A stretch of 23,068 nucleotides of DNA. Origin: Candidatus Nanohaloarchaea archaeon (GTDB taxonomy: Archaea; Nanohalarchaeota; Nanosalinia; Nanosalinales; Nanosalinaceae). The stretch's first letter is position 1; each line of letters starts with the position of its first letter. The notes beneath the pieces are model-generated. The model made no database searches. It worked only from the letters and a program-made list of their open reading frames with translations, and was not told where the DNA came from. The stretch lies in assembly GCA_041640075.1 (NCBI GenBank), contig JBEQAY010000008.1, positions 1-23,068 of the forward strand. Reading direction: 5' to 3'. Both the position numbers and the translations under genes were made by a program. This document shows positions 1 through 6,874 of this stretch, piece after piece.

Positions 1-2
1 GA

Positions 3-305
3 GGAGTGCAGTCAACTCTAGGCCATGTAGGTGATACTGTAACTCCAGAGGCTAGGAACCAGGCTGCTGAACAGGGCCCGGCAGGAGCCATGGGAACGAT
101 GGATACAGGCTCCGACTCCATGACAGCTCAGAGTATGGAAACAGCCAACCAGACTGCACAGAACACGTCTGAAGGACTTCAGGCGGTACAGAGCCTCCAG
201 GATATATCTCCGGAAACATTTATCGGTGTGGCGCTTATAATGATTTCAGTTTCAGCCCTGGCATATGCATACCTTCACAGAAAACTTAAGAAAGAAGAAA
301 AATGA
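3..305 (+). CDS. Partial (5'-truncated) protein with a low-complexity Q/T/S/A/G linker and C-terminal transmembrane anchor
   Basis: Frame is open from the window edge. Ends in hydrophobic FIGVALIMISVSALAYAYL followed by basic HRKLKKEEK. The N-terminal domain is outside the window. Confidence 0.6.
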   Translation, partial: GVQSTLGHVGDTVTPEARNQAAEQGPAGAMGTMDTGSDSMTAQSMETANQTAQNTSEGLQAVQSLQDISPETFIGVALIMISVSALAYAYLHRKLKKEEK

Positions 306-324
306 GAAAAATTGGATTTAAGTT

Positions 325-912
325 TTAGAATAGGGAGCTTAGCCATCGAAGGATGCTGCTGAGTCCTTCACCAACTCCTGCTTCCTCTGAACCAGTTTCA
401 CTGGAGTTCTCTTCTTCCTGGAAACCAGGTGTTTTCTGGACACCTAGAGTCTCGTTTTCATTGATGATCTCAACTTTATAGTCGCCCGGCGCTGAGAAAC
501 TGGCTGCGAACTCTGCTGCTCCTAGACAACTTGTACATGGACCTTCGGATGGGTTCTCGACTATCTCAACCTGGTAAACATCTTCTTCAACTTTTTCTGA
601 GTCTAGCGAGAGCTTTACGCATGGATTGCTCGTGTTGATGACTCCTTCAAAGTTTAGTTCAGTCAGCTCGCCGTCTCCCTGGAAGCCGATGAAGTCGATG
701 CTCTGAGAGGTGTTACTGCTGCGACAGGAGCTGTTCCTGTTCTCAATGGTTGAACTCCACCGGGTACTGTTTGGCCCTACAGCTGTCGTCGCTGAGGAAG
801 ACCCACCAGATGTTATAGCCATCTCTCCATCAGATGCGTTTGGTCCACCTACAACTGCTGCTCCACTCCCCAGTAAACCGATCAATGTAAATGCCAGTAT
901 AATTCGTCTCAT
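325..912 (-). CDS. Secreted/surface protein with four cysteines, function unknown
   Basis: Signal peptide MRRIILAFTLIGLLGSGAA, S/T-rich linker, Cys in SSCR, NPCV and CTSC, acidic tail and amphipathic end LSSILRWLSSLF. TTTATAAA lies 26 bp upstream. Confidence 0.75.
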   Translation of the reverse strand: MRRIILAFTLIGLLGSGAAVVGGPNASDGEMAITSGGSSSATTAVGPNSTRWSSTIENRNSSCRSSNTSQSIDFIGFQGDGELTELNFEGVINTSNPCVKLSLDSEKVEEDVYQVEIVENPSEGPCTSCLGAAEFAASFSAPGDYKVEIINENETLGVQKTPGFQEEENSSETGSEEAGVGEGLSSILRWLSSLF

Positions 913-937
913 ATCCTTCTGTAAGATTATTCCTTAT

Positions 938-945
938 TTTATAAA
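938..945. promoter_or_regulatory. Palindromic TATA box TTTATAAA between divergent genes
   Basis: 26 bp from the minus-strand ATG (912) and 30 bp from the plus-strand ATG (975). Confidence 0.6.
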
Positions 946-974
946 CATGAGAAACTGTTCGTTTCCCACCGAAC

Positions 975-1433
975 ATGAACCAGGGAAAAAACCGTGAACC
1001 AGGACCTGTAGAAGATCTGCAGGATCTGAAAGAAGGAGACCGAGTGCTCTTCAACGACAGAGCCACACCTCTGGAAGTAGAAGAAGTCTCAGAAGACGGT
1101 GTGAAGATCAAAGGTCCGAACGGCGGAAAGTACGAGCTCTACACGGAAGAAGACGCAAAACATCCGTTGATAGCAAAGCCAGGTAACAGGAGATACTCCA
1201 GCTACGCAAAAAACCTGCGAAAAGTCGGTGAATGGCAGAAAATCGGCGAGAAAACCTGGAAACATACCGATACAGACGCAGAAATAACTCTTGAGAAAAA
1301 CTCCGCAGGCTTCTGGAACCTGGAGATTGAAAATTTTGAAGAAGACGTAGACCTGCCGAAATACGGTTTCTCAGACCTTGAAAACGCTATGGAAGAAGCA
1401 GAAAAAATAGTGGCCAAGAATCCTGAGGGATAG
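975..1433 (+). CDS. Hypothetical acidic protein, possible SH3/KOW-like N-terminal domain
   Basis: 152 aa ORF with host-like composition. LKEGDRVLF resembles a KOW/SH3 barrel start (inference). Confidence 0.7.
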   Translation: MNQGKNREPGPVEDLQDLKEGDRVLFNDRATPLEVEEVSEDGVKIKGPNGGKYELYTEEDAKHPLIAKPGNRRYSSYAKNLRKVGEWQKIGEKTWKHTDTDAEITLEKNSAGFWNLEIENFEEDVDLPKYGFSDLENAMEEAEKIVAKNPEG

Positions 1434-1434
1434 A

Positions 1435-2013
1435 ATGGATTTTTCCAGTCCGAAAAATGTTATGCGAGATAAGAAGGACGGTAAAATTGTTTTGATGGAT
1501 CCTTTCTTTGACACGCTAGAAACTGCAAGATTTTTATTGAGCAAGGATGGAGAGTACAAAATTTCGCTTTTCTCTCATTTCGAAGAAGAAAAATTACAGA
1601 AGCAAAATCAGGTAAACAGTAAATTAGATGAGATTTACGAATTGAAAGGTGTGAAAGAAGGTAATCTTAGGAGAGATAATGTAATCCTAGTCGAACATGA
1701 TCCTGAAGATCAAGATATGCATGAAATTATTTTTGTGAGAGATATTGAAAATCAAGAGATAAATGGAGAGGTAAAGTCACCTCATATAAATTTTAAGGAG
1801 GAGAGTAAAACTTTTCTAGATAAAGGTGGCTGTAAGGAGTGTGAAAACTATTTTAAGAAGTTTAAACATTTTGAATTGGTTTTTGATGGGAGGACAGGAG
1901 ATACTAAGAAGGTAAATTGGCAGAAATCTCTAGATGAATTCGAGAAATCTATAAGAGACTCTAGGATTTTTTCGGATTTCGAGTTCCAAAGAAGCGAAAC
2001 TAAATTTCTCTAA
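1435..2013 (+). CDS. Low-GC orphan protein next to the tRNA 3' end
   Basis: 192 aa ORF starting 1 bp after the upstream stop. Three hand-counted 60-mers are 30-33% GC versus 50% for one in the preceding gene. Contains PHIN and CKEC. Confidence 0.65.
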   Translation: MDFSSPKNVMRDKKDGKIVLMDPFFDTLETARFLLSKDGEYKISLFSHFEEEKLQKQNQVNSKLDEIYELKGVKEGNLRRDNVILVEHDPEDQDMHEIIFVRDIENQEINGEVKSPHINFKEESKTFLDKGGCKECENYFKKFKHFELVFDGRTGDTKKVNWQKSLDEFEKSIRDSRIFSDFEFQRSETKFL

Positions 2014-2076
2014 TGACTCAAAACATGAAAGCCGCCTTGTGTGGATTGACGCATGCCAACTCTGTGTCAGAAGTTT

Positions 2077-2148
2077 TGCGGTGTCCGGGATTTGAACCCG
2101 GGTCACCGGCTTGGAAGGCCGGGGTCTTAGCCACTGGACCAACACCGC
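2077..2148 (-). tRNA. tRNA-Gly, anticodon TCC, intron-less, CCA not encoded
   Basis: Reverse complement GCGGTGTTGGTCCAGTGGCTAAGACCCCGGCCTTCCAAGCCGGTGACCCGGGTTCAAATCCCGGACACCGCA: acceptor stem GCGGTGT/ACACCGC, anticodon arm CCGGC-CTTCCAA-GCCGG, T-loop TTCAAAT, discriminator A. Confidence 0.97.
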
Positions 2149-2297
2149 AAATCGTAAGATTTGCTGGTTATCAGAAACTCCATCTGGAGTTTCGTCCACC
2201 GCGAAACTTGTTGCGCGAAGTTTCATCACGCGGAAACGGTGCGAAAGAGGCACCGACCTCAGTAAGTTTGACTTGCTCGGTTATTTTCTTAAATAAC
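2147..2297. repeat. Tandem cluster of six inverted repeats (candidate structured ncRNA or tRNA leader)
   Basis: GCAAATC-GTAA-GATTTGC (2147-2164); GAAACTCC-ATCT-GGAGTTTC (2174-2193); CCGC-GAAACTT..AAGTTTC-atcac-GCGG (2199-2233); CGGTGC-N7-GCACCG (2237-2255); AGTAAGT-TTG-ACTTGCT (2261-2277, one G.T pair); GTTATTT-TCTT-AAATAAC (2280-2297). Confidence 0.7.
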
Positions 2298-2359
2298 TCG
2301 TTTGGAAATGTGTTTTCTAAGGGGAAGAGGTTTTCAAGATTGACGGATAAACTTCTACT

Positions 2360-2782
2360 ATGAATATTGAAGATGAGGTTGAGGAGGAGCTGAAGCAGGT
2401 CACGGAACAGGTAATCGAAGAGGATGTACTTGAACGTGAAGAAGCACCTGAGATGAATCACAAGGCTAATGCTCAGGAAGAGAAAATTGAGAGACAGGCT
2501 TTCTCCAAGACCGGTGCGAACATGACTCCACAGCAGCTGGAGTTCATGGTCCGGCAGAGAACCAGTATGGATAACGAGGAACTTCAGAAGTTTCTGGCGG
2601 GAGAACATGAAGTACAGGAAGAATTCAGGAACTGGAAACCTTTCTCCCGGACTGAAGAAAAATTTCTGCTTCAGAACGCGCAGAACAGTGATGTAGAGGA
2701 AATTGCGGAATCTATAGACAGGAATCCAAAAGAAGTAGAGCTTCAGTTGAAGATAATGGGCTTGGAGAGCCAGCTGGAGTGA
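2360..2782 (+). CDS. Protein with acidic N-terminus and C-terminal Myb/SANT-like helix-turn-helix
   Basis: WKPFSRTEEKFLLQN...VEEIAESIDRNPKEVELQLKIMGL matches the Myb-like pattern (W/F)(T/S)xxEExxL...EIAxx(L/I)xR...V...LGL. Ends 6 bp before nop5, with SD-like GGAGTGA at the junction. Confidence 0.65.
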   Translation: MNIEDEVEEELKQVTEQVIEEDVLEREEAPEMNHKANAQEEKIERQAFSKTGANMTPQQLEFMVRQRTSMDNEELQKFLAGEHEVQEEFRNWKPFSRTEEKFLLQNAQNSDVEEIAESIDRNPKEVELQLKIMGLESQLE

Positions 2783-2788
2783 TCAAGT

Positions 2789-3538
2789 ATGAGTAAAGAA
2801 GATATCAGGGAGAAAGCGATTTCTCAGACAAGAGAAGAGATTGAAGGTTCGGTGGAGAAAGACCAGCTTCTTGTAAAGGCGGTTAAACAGCTAGATCAAC
2901 TTGAAAACGATGTTAGAGATGAAGTGGAACGACTTAGAGACTGGTACAGCGTCCATTTCCCGGAACTGGAGCAGGAAATAACTGAAGATGACAGGTTCGT
3001 AGATATACTTGAAAAATACGGTGTCGAAAAGTCGCAGATAGAGCCTTTCAGTGAAATAGCTGATAATTCTACAGGCAGCAAGCTTAGCGAGAGAGACAGG
3101 AAGCTTATCGAAAACTCGGTTTCTACTATCGCCTCCATGAAAGACCTGAGGGATGAAATTGAAGACTACATAGAAGAAGGTGCTAGAGAGGAGTTTCAGA
3201 ATCTTTCTGTTCTTCTAGGCCCTGTTCTTACGACGAGGTTGGTCGCTCTAGCTGGAGGACTGGAGGAGCTGGCTAAGATGCCGGCTTCAACTGTCCAGAT
3301 GCTCGGAGCCGAGAAAGCACTGTTCAGACATCTTCATGGTGAAGGATTACCGCCGAAGCACGGTGTACTTTTCCAGCACAGGTTCGTGAAGAATCTTCCT
3401 GAGGAGAAGAGAGGAAAGATGGCGCGGTTCCTGGCGAATAAAACTGTTATGGCGGCAAGGATAGACCAGTACGGAGATGAGGATAAGTCCGAAGATTTGA
3501 GGGAAGAAATTGAAGATAAGTATGAGAGCCTGAAATAA
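2789..3538 (+). CDS. nop5: Nop5 (Nop56/58) box C/D sRNP core protein, short form
   Basis: ERLRDWYSVHFPEL (NOSIC region), LAKMPASTVQMLGAEKALFRHL, PPKHGVLFQH and RGKMARFLANK..AARID (Nop domain). Confidence 0.95.
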   Translation: MSKEDIREKAISQTREEIEGSVEKDQLLVKAVKQLDQLENDVRDEVERLRDWYSVHFPELEQEITEDDRFVDILEKYGVEKSQIEPFSEIADNSTGSKLSERDRKLIENSVSTIASMKDLRDEIEDYIEEGAREEFQNLSVLLGPVLTTRLVALAGGLEELAKMPASTVQMLGAEKALFRHLHGEGLPPKHGVLFQHRFVKNLPEEKRGKMARFLANKTVMAARIDQYGDEDKSEDLREEIEDKYESLK

Positions 3539-3541
3539 TTT

Positions 3542-4009
3542 TCAGGGCTCTTCATCAAGGAAAGGGTGCGTGTATCCCTTAAAGTTCTCTGCAGGTAGGG
3601 TGTTACCTTTTTCCTTCATCTTTATCGCTTTCAGGATTATATCGTTCCGTAGTTCTTTATTCTCGATTTCTTCTGGCGAAAGAAATTTTGCATCCAGTAT
3701 TTCTTCATCAAACTCTGGTTCAGGGGAGTTTCCATCTGTTTCGCACTGGAAGAGGTATACGTTTACAGGGTGGCCGTCTTTTGAAGATCTCGCGTTGAAT
3801 GATCCAAGCAGACCGTTTACTTCTTTCACTTTGAGTCCTGTTTCTTCCTTTACTTCTCTTTTCACTGCTTCTACAGGGTTTTCCCCGTGCTCTACTCCGC
3901 CACCAGGGATGTTCCAGGTTCCTTTGACGTATTCTTTTCCCTCCTGTATCATCAGGTATTTCCCGTTTCTTTCGATCAGTGCGTTAGCTGCCAGGTAAAA
4001 ATTTGCCAT
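3542..4009 (-). CDS. Nudix hydrolase
   Basis: Complete Nudix box GGGVEHGENPVEAVKREVKEETGL preceded by GTWNIP. Confidence 0.92.
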   Translation of the reverse strand: MANFYLAANALIERNGKYLMIQEGKEYVKGTWNIPGGGVEHGENPVEAVKREVKEETGLKVKEVNGLLGSFNARSSKDGHPVNVYLFQCETDGNSPEPEFDEEILDAKFLSPEEIENKELRNDIILKAIKMKEKGNTLPAENFKGYTHPFLDEEP

Positions 4010-4060
4010 AACTTAGTTCAGCCAGTTATATGTAAAAATTTAGGCTTCAGCATTCCTGAT

Positions 4061-4708
4061 ATGGAAGAGATACAGACCGGGATCTACAGTAAAGGCGAGA
4101 AAATATTTACAGAAGCAGCTTCAGATGAACCGGTCTACGGGGAGAAATTTATAGAGGAAGAAGGAACTCCTTTCAGGGAATGGAATCCTAACCGTTCCAA
4201 GGCTGGAGCAGCAGTAAAGAAAGGAATAAAACTGGAGCTCGAACAGGATATGGAGGTTCTTTATCTCGGCGCCGCGTCAGGAACAACAGTATCCCACTTC
4301 TCAGACATTCTAAAAGAAGGTTTCATCTTTGCTGTAGAATACTCTGATACAGTTATACGCGAACTTGTGCACGTAGCTGAAGAGCGCGAGAACATTGCTC
4401 CGATACTGGCAAACGCAAGGAATCCGGATGAGTACGAAGATCTAGTGGATAAAGTTGATTTACTGTTCCAGGATATATCTCAGAAAGACCAGGCCGAGAT
4501 ATTCATCAAGAACGCAGAAAAATACCTAAAAGAAGAAGGCGTTGCTCTGATCGCTGTAAAAGCACAGTCAATCTCCTCTTCAAGGCCGCCAGAAGAAATT
4601 TTTGAAGAAGTCAAAGACAAACTTGGGAAAAAGTTTGAGATAAAAGAAGAAACACTACTTGATCCATACGAGACGGATCATCTGTTCCTGAAAATGAAGT
4701 TAAAATAG
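4061..4708 (+). CDS. flpA: Fibrillarin-like rRNA/tRNA 2'-O-methyltransferase
   Basis: VYGE, FREWNPNRSKAGA, VLYLGAASGTTVSHFSDI, NIAPILANAR and QDISQKDQAEI. Start reassigned to ATG 4061 because the ORF-track start (3887) overlaps the Nudix gene. Confidence 0.95.
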   Translation: MEEIQTGIYSKGEKIFTEAASDEPVYGEKFIEEEGTPFREWNPNRSKAGAAVKKGIKLELEQDMEVLYLGAASGTTVSHFSDILKEGFIFAVEYSDTVIRELVHVAEERENIAPILANARNPDEYEDLVDKVDLLFQDISQKDQAEIFIKNAEKYLKEEGVALIAVKAQSISSSRPPEEIFEEVKDKLGKKFEIKEETLLDPYETDHLFLKMKLK

Positions 4709-4743
4709 GGAAAAAGGAAATCCGTATTTTTGTAGATGATAGT

Positions 4744-5238
4744 ATGATTGATGCCGCTGATCCTGAAGAACTCCGGACGTACTGGTTTGTGGCTGCAGCA
4801 GCTACGGGAGCAGCTAACGGCTATATAACCGAGTATCTAAGCGAGAGACGTAATGCTAGTCATGGAGAACATCTTCAGGATATGAAAAAAATCTATGAAG
4901 ATGATGACAGGGTTGTATCTGCGGGAAGACATCTTGGTGTTGACTCTGAACAGATAGAGGAGGTCATCGATGGACAGGTGGATGAGTACTTTGAAGATAT
5001 AGATGACGAAGTCTGGAACGAAGACAGTAATCGATTTGAGGAATTTCTGTATGAAAACAGTGATGATGTGAAGAATTTATTCCGATCAGCAGCTGAAGGT
5101 GCAGTAGCATCAGCCGCCTATGATTTTATAGAGAATTTCGATGGCGTTGATAACTTCGCCGGTGCTGAGGACTATGCGCCATCTATAACTGCATACATGA
5201 TCGGAGAATCTCTTGGAAGAAGACTGAGAAAAGATTGA
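4744..5238 (+). CDS. Hypothetical very acidic protein
   Basis: 164 aa D/E-rich ORF filling the gap between flpA and sufC. No recognised motif. Confidence 0.65.
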   Translation: MIDAADPEELRTYWFVAAAATGAANGYITEYLSERRNASHGEHLQDMKKIYEDDDRVVSAGRHLGVDSEQIEEVIDGQVDEYFEDIDDEVWNEDSNRFEEFLYENSDDVKNLFRSAAEGAVASAAYDFIENFDGVDNFAGAEDYAPSITAYMIGESLGRRLRKD

Positions 5239-5274
5239 GAAAAAACGGAACTTTCCAGATCTACTTTATCTAGA

Positions 5275-6030
5275 CTATTCTTCCGCTAGCTCTTTAGCCC
5301 ACTCGTATCCTTCATCTTCCAGCTTGTGAGCAAGCTCAGGGCCGCCAGACTCGACGATTTTTCCGTCGACCATGACGTGGACGTGATCCGGCTTGACGTG
5401 ATCAAGAATTCTCTGGTAGTGTGTGATCATCAGGATTCCTCTATCATCGTTGGCCAGAGCGTTGATTCCCTTCGCTACAACCTGTAATGCGTCGATGTCA
5501 AGGCCTGAATCGATTTCGTCAAGGATAGCGTACTTTGGATTCAGGACAGCCATCTGAAGGATTTCATTTCTCTTCTTTTCTCCTCCTGAGAATCCTTCGT
5601 TAAGATATCTTCGGGCGTAGTCTTCCTCCATGTCGAGTAGTTCAAGTTTTTCTCTGAGAAGCTCGTTGAACTCGCTCTGAGGCATAGCATCTTTTCCTTC
5701 CTCCTCTCTTCGGGCGTCGATCGCTTCCTTCAAAAACTCGGCGACTGTGATACCTGAGATCTCGCTTGGGTACTGGAAACCTAGGAAAAGTCCCTCACGT
5801 GCGCGTTCGTCCGTTTCTTCATCGGTAACGTCTTCTCCGTCGACTAGGATCTTCCCGCTGTCGATATTATATGTGGGATTGCCCATGAGGGACTTACACA
5901 GCGTGGATTTTCCTGATCCGTTTGGCCCCATAATTGCGTGGATTTCTCCAGGCTTCACTTCCAGAGATACTCCTTTTACTATATCCTCGTCTTCAACTGA
6001 AACTTCCAAATTTTCAACTTTCAATGTCAT
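5275..6030 (-). CDS. sufC: Fe-S cluster assembly ATPase SufC
   Basis: Walker A GPNGSGKST, FLGFQYP, NEGFSGGEKKRNEILQM, LDEIDSGLDIDAL and ITHYQRIL. Confidence 0.96.
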   Translation of the reverse strand: MTLKVENLEVSVEDEDIVKGVSLEVKPGEIHAIMGPNGSGKSTLCKSLMGNPTYNIDSGKILVDGEDVTDEETDERAREGLFLGFQYPSEISGITVAEFLKEAIDARREEEGKDAMPQSEFNELLREKLELLDMEEDYARRYLNEGFSGGEKKRNEILQMAVLNPKYAILDEIDSGLDIDALQVVAKGINALANDDRGILMITHYQRILDHVKPDHVHVMVDGKIVESGGPELAHKLEDEGYEWAKELAEE

Positions 6031-6032
6031 AC

Positions 6033-6052
6033 ATTTTAGGTAGGCCTAAAAT
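6033..6052. promoter_or_regulatory. DtxR/MntR-type operator at the sufC promoter
   Basis: Perfect inverted repeat ATTTTAGG-TAGG-CCTAAAAT between TATA-like CTTAAG (6055-6060) and the sufC ATG (6030). A near copy lies upstream of sufB. Confidence 0.8.
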
Positions 6053-6096
6053 CTCTTAAGGTAAAGGACTGAGAATGGTTCCGTATAAATATTTTC

Positions 6097-6375
6097 GTGC
6101 TCTATTCAGTGTTTCTGGAGGCGAATAAATTGTCAGTAGTTGAATACGGAGAGGATCAAGTAGAAAATTTAATCGAAGAGGTCAGGAGCTACGACGCTCC
6201 ATGGACAGATGAACTGGATGTGGAGGACGTCAACGAGGATGAAGGATTTCTGTATCTTGAAATCCAGGAAGACAGCGACATCAGCACGGAGTTCCACGAA
6301 CTCGGTGCAGAACTATCAGCCCATACATCAGAGGTAAACAACGGGGAGAAATACATTCTAGCCAGAGAAAAATAG
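6097..6375 (+). CDS. Small acidic hypothetical protein (start uncertain)
   Basis: 92 aa D/E-rich ORF divergent from sufC. GTG 6097 and in-frame TTG 6130 are both possible starts. Confidence 0.55.
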   Translation: MLYSVFLEANKLSVVEYGEDQVENLIEEVRSYDAPWTDELDVEDVNEDEGFLYLEIQEDSDISTEFHELGAELSAHTSEVNNGEKYILAREK

Positions 6376-6402
6376 TTGAAAATTTATCTAAAATTTTTGC
6401 AG

Positions 6403-6846
6403 TCAATTCCTGCAGTCTTTAATAGTATCCAGAGGCTTTAGATCTCCTGATTCAAATTTTTCCACTGCATCCTTCAAGAAGGGAATTCGTACGTCGATTT
6501 CCGGAAAAACTTCAGGGCTGAAAAATTTTACATCAAGTATCTCTTCCCCTTCAGGTGTATCTGGCGAATTTTTCCCTGATTCGGAGTGGAAGACGAATAC
6601 CAAGACGGTTGCATCACTTCTGTCGCTTTCATCCACGAAAACGCCGATAAAATCTTTCAATTCGACTTTAAGACCGGTTTCTTCACGTGCTTCGCGTACA
6701 GCAGCGTTCTGGATTTCTTCTTCAGGGTCGACTCCGCCGGCTGGAAGATTCCATTCTCCTCTGACTGCTTCTTTTCCCTCCTGTACCAGCAGGTACTCTC
6801 CGTCTTTCTCTACCAGGTTTGCTGCGACGATGTGGAAATCTTTCAT
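6403..6846 (-). CDS. Nudix hydrolase, paralog of 3542-4009
   Basis: Nudix box AGGVDPEEEIQNAAVREAREETGL. Shares YLxxQEGKExVxGxWNxP with the first Nudix protein. Confidence 0.92.
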   Translation of the reverse strand: MKDFHIVAANLVEKDGEYLLVQEGKEAVRGEWNLPAGGVDPEEEIQNAAVREAREETGLKVELKDFIGVFVDESDRSDATVLVFVFHSESGKNSPDTPEGEEILDVKFFSPEVFPEIDVRIPFLKDAVEKFESGDLKPLDTIKDCRN

Positions 6847-6874
6847 ATGGAGAAACTCTTGGGCGAGGTTGAAG

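Noticed and set aside
2014..2076. C/D sRNA or structured RNA downstream of the tRNA (hairpin TGACGCA..TGTGTCA, 2047-2069)
   Set aside because: Box matches are too degenerate, and one short hairpin is expected by chance or as a 3' structure.
2149..2232. Hammerhead ribozyme in the tRNA leader (minus strand has GTGATGA...GGACGAAAC-stem-GTT and CTGATAA...GCAAATC-stem-TTT)
   Set aside because: Neither register has an intact CUGANGA plus GAAA core with a proper stem II, and no stem I can form across the cleavage site.
2149..2300. RNase P RNA, SRP RNA or a second tRNA
   Set aside because: No GAGGAAAGUCC-type P4 signature, no SRP helix-8 motif and no T-loop or cloverleaf; the region is also too short for the first two.
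1930..2608. ORF-track entries 1930-2253, 2013-2363, 2111-2296 and 2171-2608
   Set aside because: They overlap the tRNA, the hairpin region or a real gene in antisense, and their composition is unlike the acidic proteome.
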